Origin: a virus
IMG/VR virus record: IMGVR_UViG_3300042317_001497
Strand: one strand, 5' to 3'
DNA length: 64,000 nt
The notes under the pieces were generated by a model. It was not told the origin of the DNA, ran no database searches, and was given only the letters and a program-made list of their open reading frames with translations. Below are positions 63,005-64,000 of the stretch, in pieces. The position numbers were made by a program, and so were the translations under genes. Numbering within the stretch: the first letter of the stretch is position 1; each line of letters begins with the position of its first letter.

Positions 63005-63877
63005 ATGGCTGTTCCGTTTATGTTTGTGGATGGTAATTTGACACTGGTTCTAAATAACCAGAGTTATCAGGTGTTGCCGGATCATATCAACTATAAGTTG
63101 ATTCTGGAAAAACTTCCCTCTGCTACAGCAGAGGAACTGTTGGAGGTTGTTGATGTTCAAAAAGCCGTTGCTACTTTTAGTGATGGTCTTGTGGAGATCA
63201 AGAATGGTCAGGTCACTTATGAAGGTGAGCCTGTTCATGGATCAATTAGCAAAAGAATTCTAGAGTTTATGAGCAAGGGACTACCGTTCCAACCGCTCGT
63301 TAATTTCCTGAATAATATTATGGAAAATCCCAGTATGCAGAGTCAAAAGGAACTTTATGATTTCCTTGAACATGAGCATCTGCCAATTACTGAGGATGGT
63401 CACTTTCTGGCTTATAAGGCAGTAAGGAGTGATTATAAGGATAAGTATCGTGGGGTTTTTGATAATCGCGTTGGTCAGATTTGCACTATGCAAAGAGCAA
63501 AGGTTGATGATAATCGTGCTAGGGGCTGTTCTGATGGGCTTCATGCTGGTGCATTGAACTACGTTGCTGGTTATGGCAGCCTAGAATCTGGTGATAGGAT
63601 TGTGATTGTTAAGATTAATCCGAAAGATGTTGTGAGTGTTCCAAGCGATTGCAACTGCGAAAAGCTTCGCACATGCCGATATGAAGTTGTTGGAGAATAT
63701 GAGGGTGAACTTCTAAAGCCCCTGTATTCTGCTGATTTTAGTCAGGATGACTATGAGGATGAGGACGAAGATTATACCAATGAAGAAGGGTATTGGGATC
63801 AGTTTGATGAGGATGAGGAAGAGGAAGAATATGAAGAAGATGATCTTGATGAGGATGATTGGAATAATCAGTACTAA
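63005..63877 (+). CDS. rIIB: rIIB-like protein with acidic tail
   Basis: LYDFLEHEHLPITEDGHFLAYKAV, CSDGLHAG, VKINPKDVVSVP, KLRTCRYEVV. Confidence 0.9.
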   Translation: MAVPFMFVDGNLTLVLNNQSYQVLPDHINYKLILEKLPSATAEELLEVVDVQKAVATFSDGLVEIKNGQVTYEGEPVHGSISKRILEFMSKGLPFQPLVNFLNNIMENPSMQSQKELYDFLEHEHLPITEDGHFLAYKAVRSDYKDKYRGVFDNRVGQICTMQRAKVDDNRARGCSDGLHAGALNYVAGYGSLESGDRIVIVKINPKDVVSVPSDCNCEKLRTCRYEVVGEYEGELLKPLYSADFSQDDYEDEDEDYTNEEGYWDQFDEDEEEEEYEEDDLDEDDWNNQY

Positions 63878-64000
63878 GAGATAGTCAAAAGGTGGAGTCT
63901 GGTGACTAAAGATATTAGCCTCTAGCTATAAAGCATACGCTAATTGAGAGGGTTCGATTCCCTCCCACATTTTTAGAGATATTGCTTTTGATAGTAGTGT

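Noticed and set aside
1-64000. Stop-codon reassignment
   Set aside because: Conserved genes (gmd, thyX, ligase, rIIA/B, uvsE) are full length in the standard code, and TAG, TGA and TAA all end genes at expected places.
1-64000. Diversity-generating retroelement, retron or IS element
   Set aside because: No reverse transcriptase, transposase or template/variable repeat pair was seen.

Overview
This is a 64 kb segment of a large tailed dsDNA phage (T4-like gene content: TerL, rIIA/rIIB, ATP-dependent ligase, ThyX, tRNAs, tmRNA). The host is most likely a planctomycete, inferred from a planctomycete-type LESR-x-xLS export motif on a subtilisin and from planctomycete-like secreted proteins. 1-5.6 kb is a minus-strand operon (TerL, ERCC4, HNH, Gmd, sigma-like factor). 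7.7-25.5 kb is a putative early/accessory region cut into ~1.1 kb promoter-plus-small-gene modules by 17 copies of an invariant 82 bp element (29 bp palindrome, 24 bp linker, 29 bp palindrome; each 29-mer is 11-7-11). This looks like a tyrosine-recombinase/attC-like cassette array or a paired operator array, and is the strongest candidate for an undescribed system. The same region holds sigma54-like boxes in fixed register with the element, a ~600 nt highly structured noncoding RNA candidate, a tRNA cluster with rare anticodons and several very acidic microproteins. 26-64 kb is a plus-strand run of small hypothetical ORFs and nucleotide/DNA-metabolism genes, with a tmRNA and a tRNA-Leu(UAA) interrupted by a group I intron. 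All calls are by eye from motifs; no searches were run.
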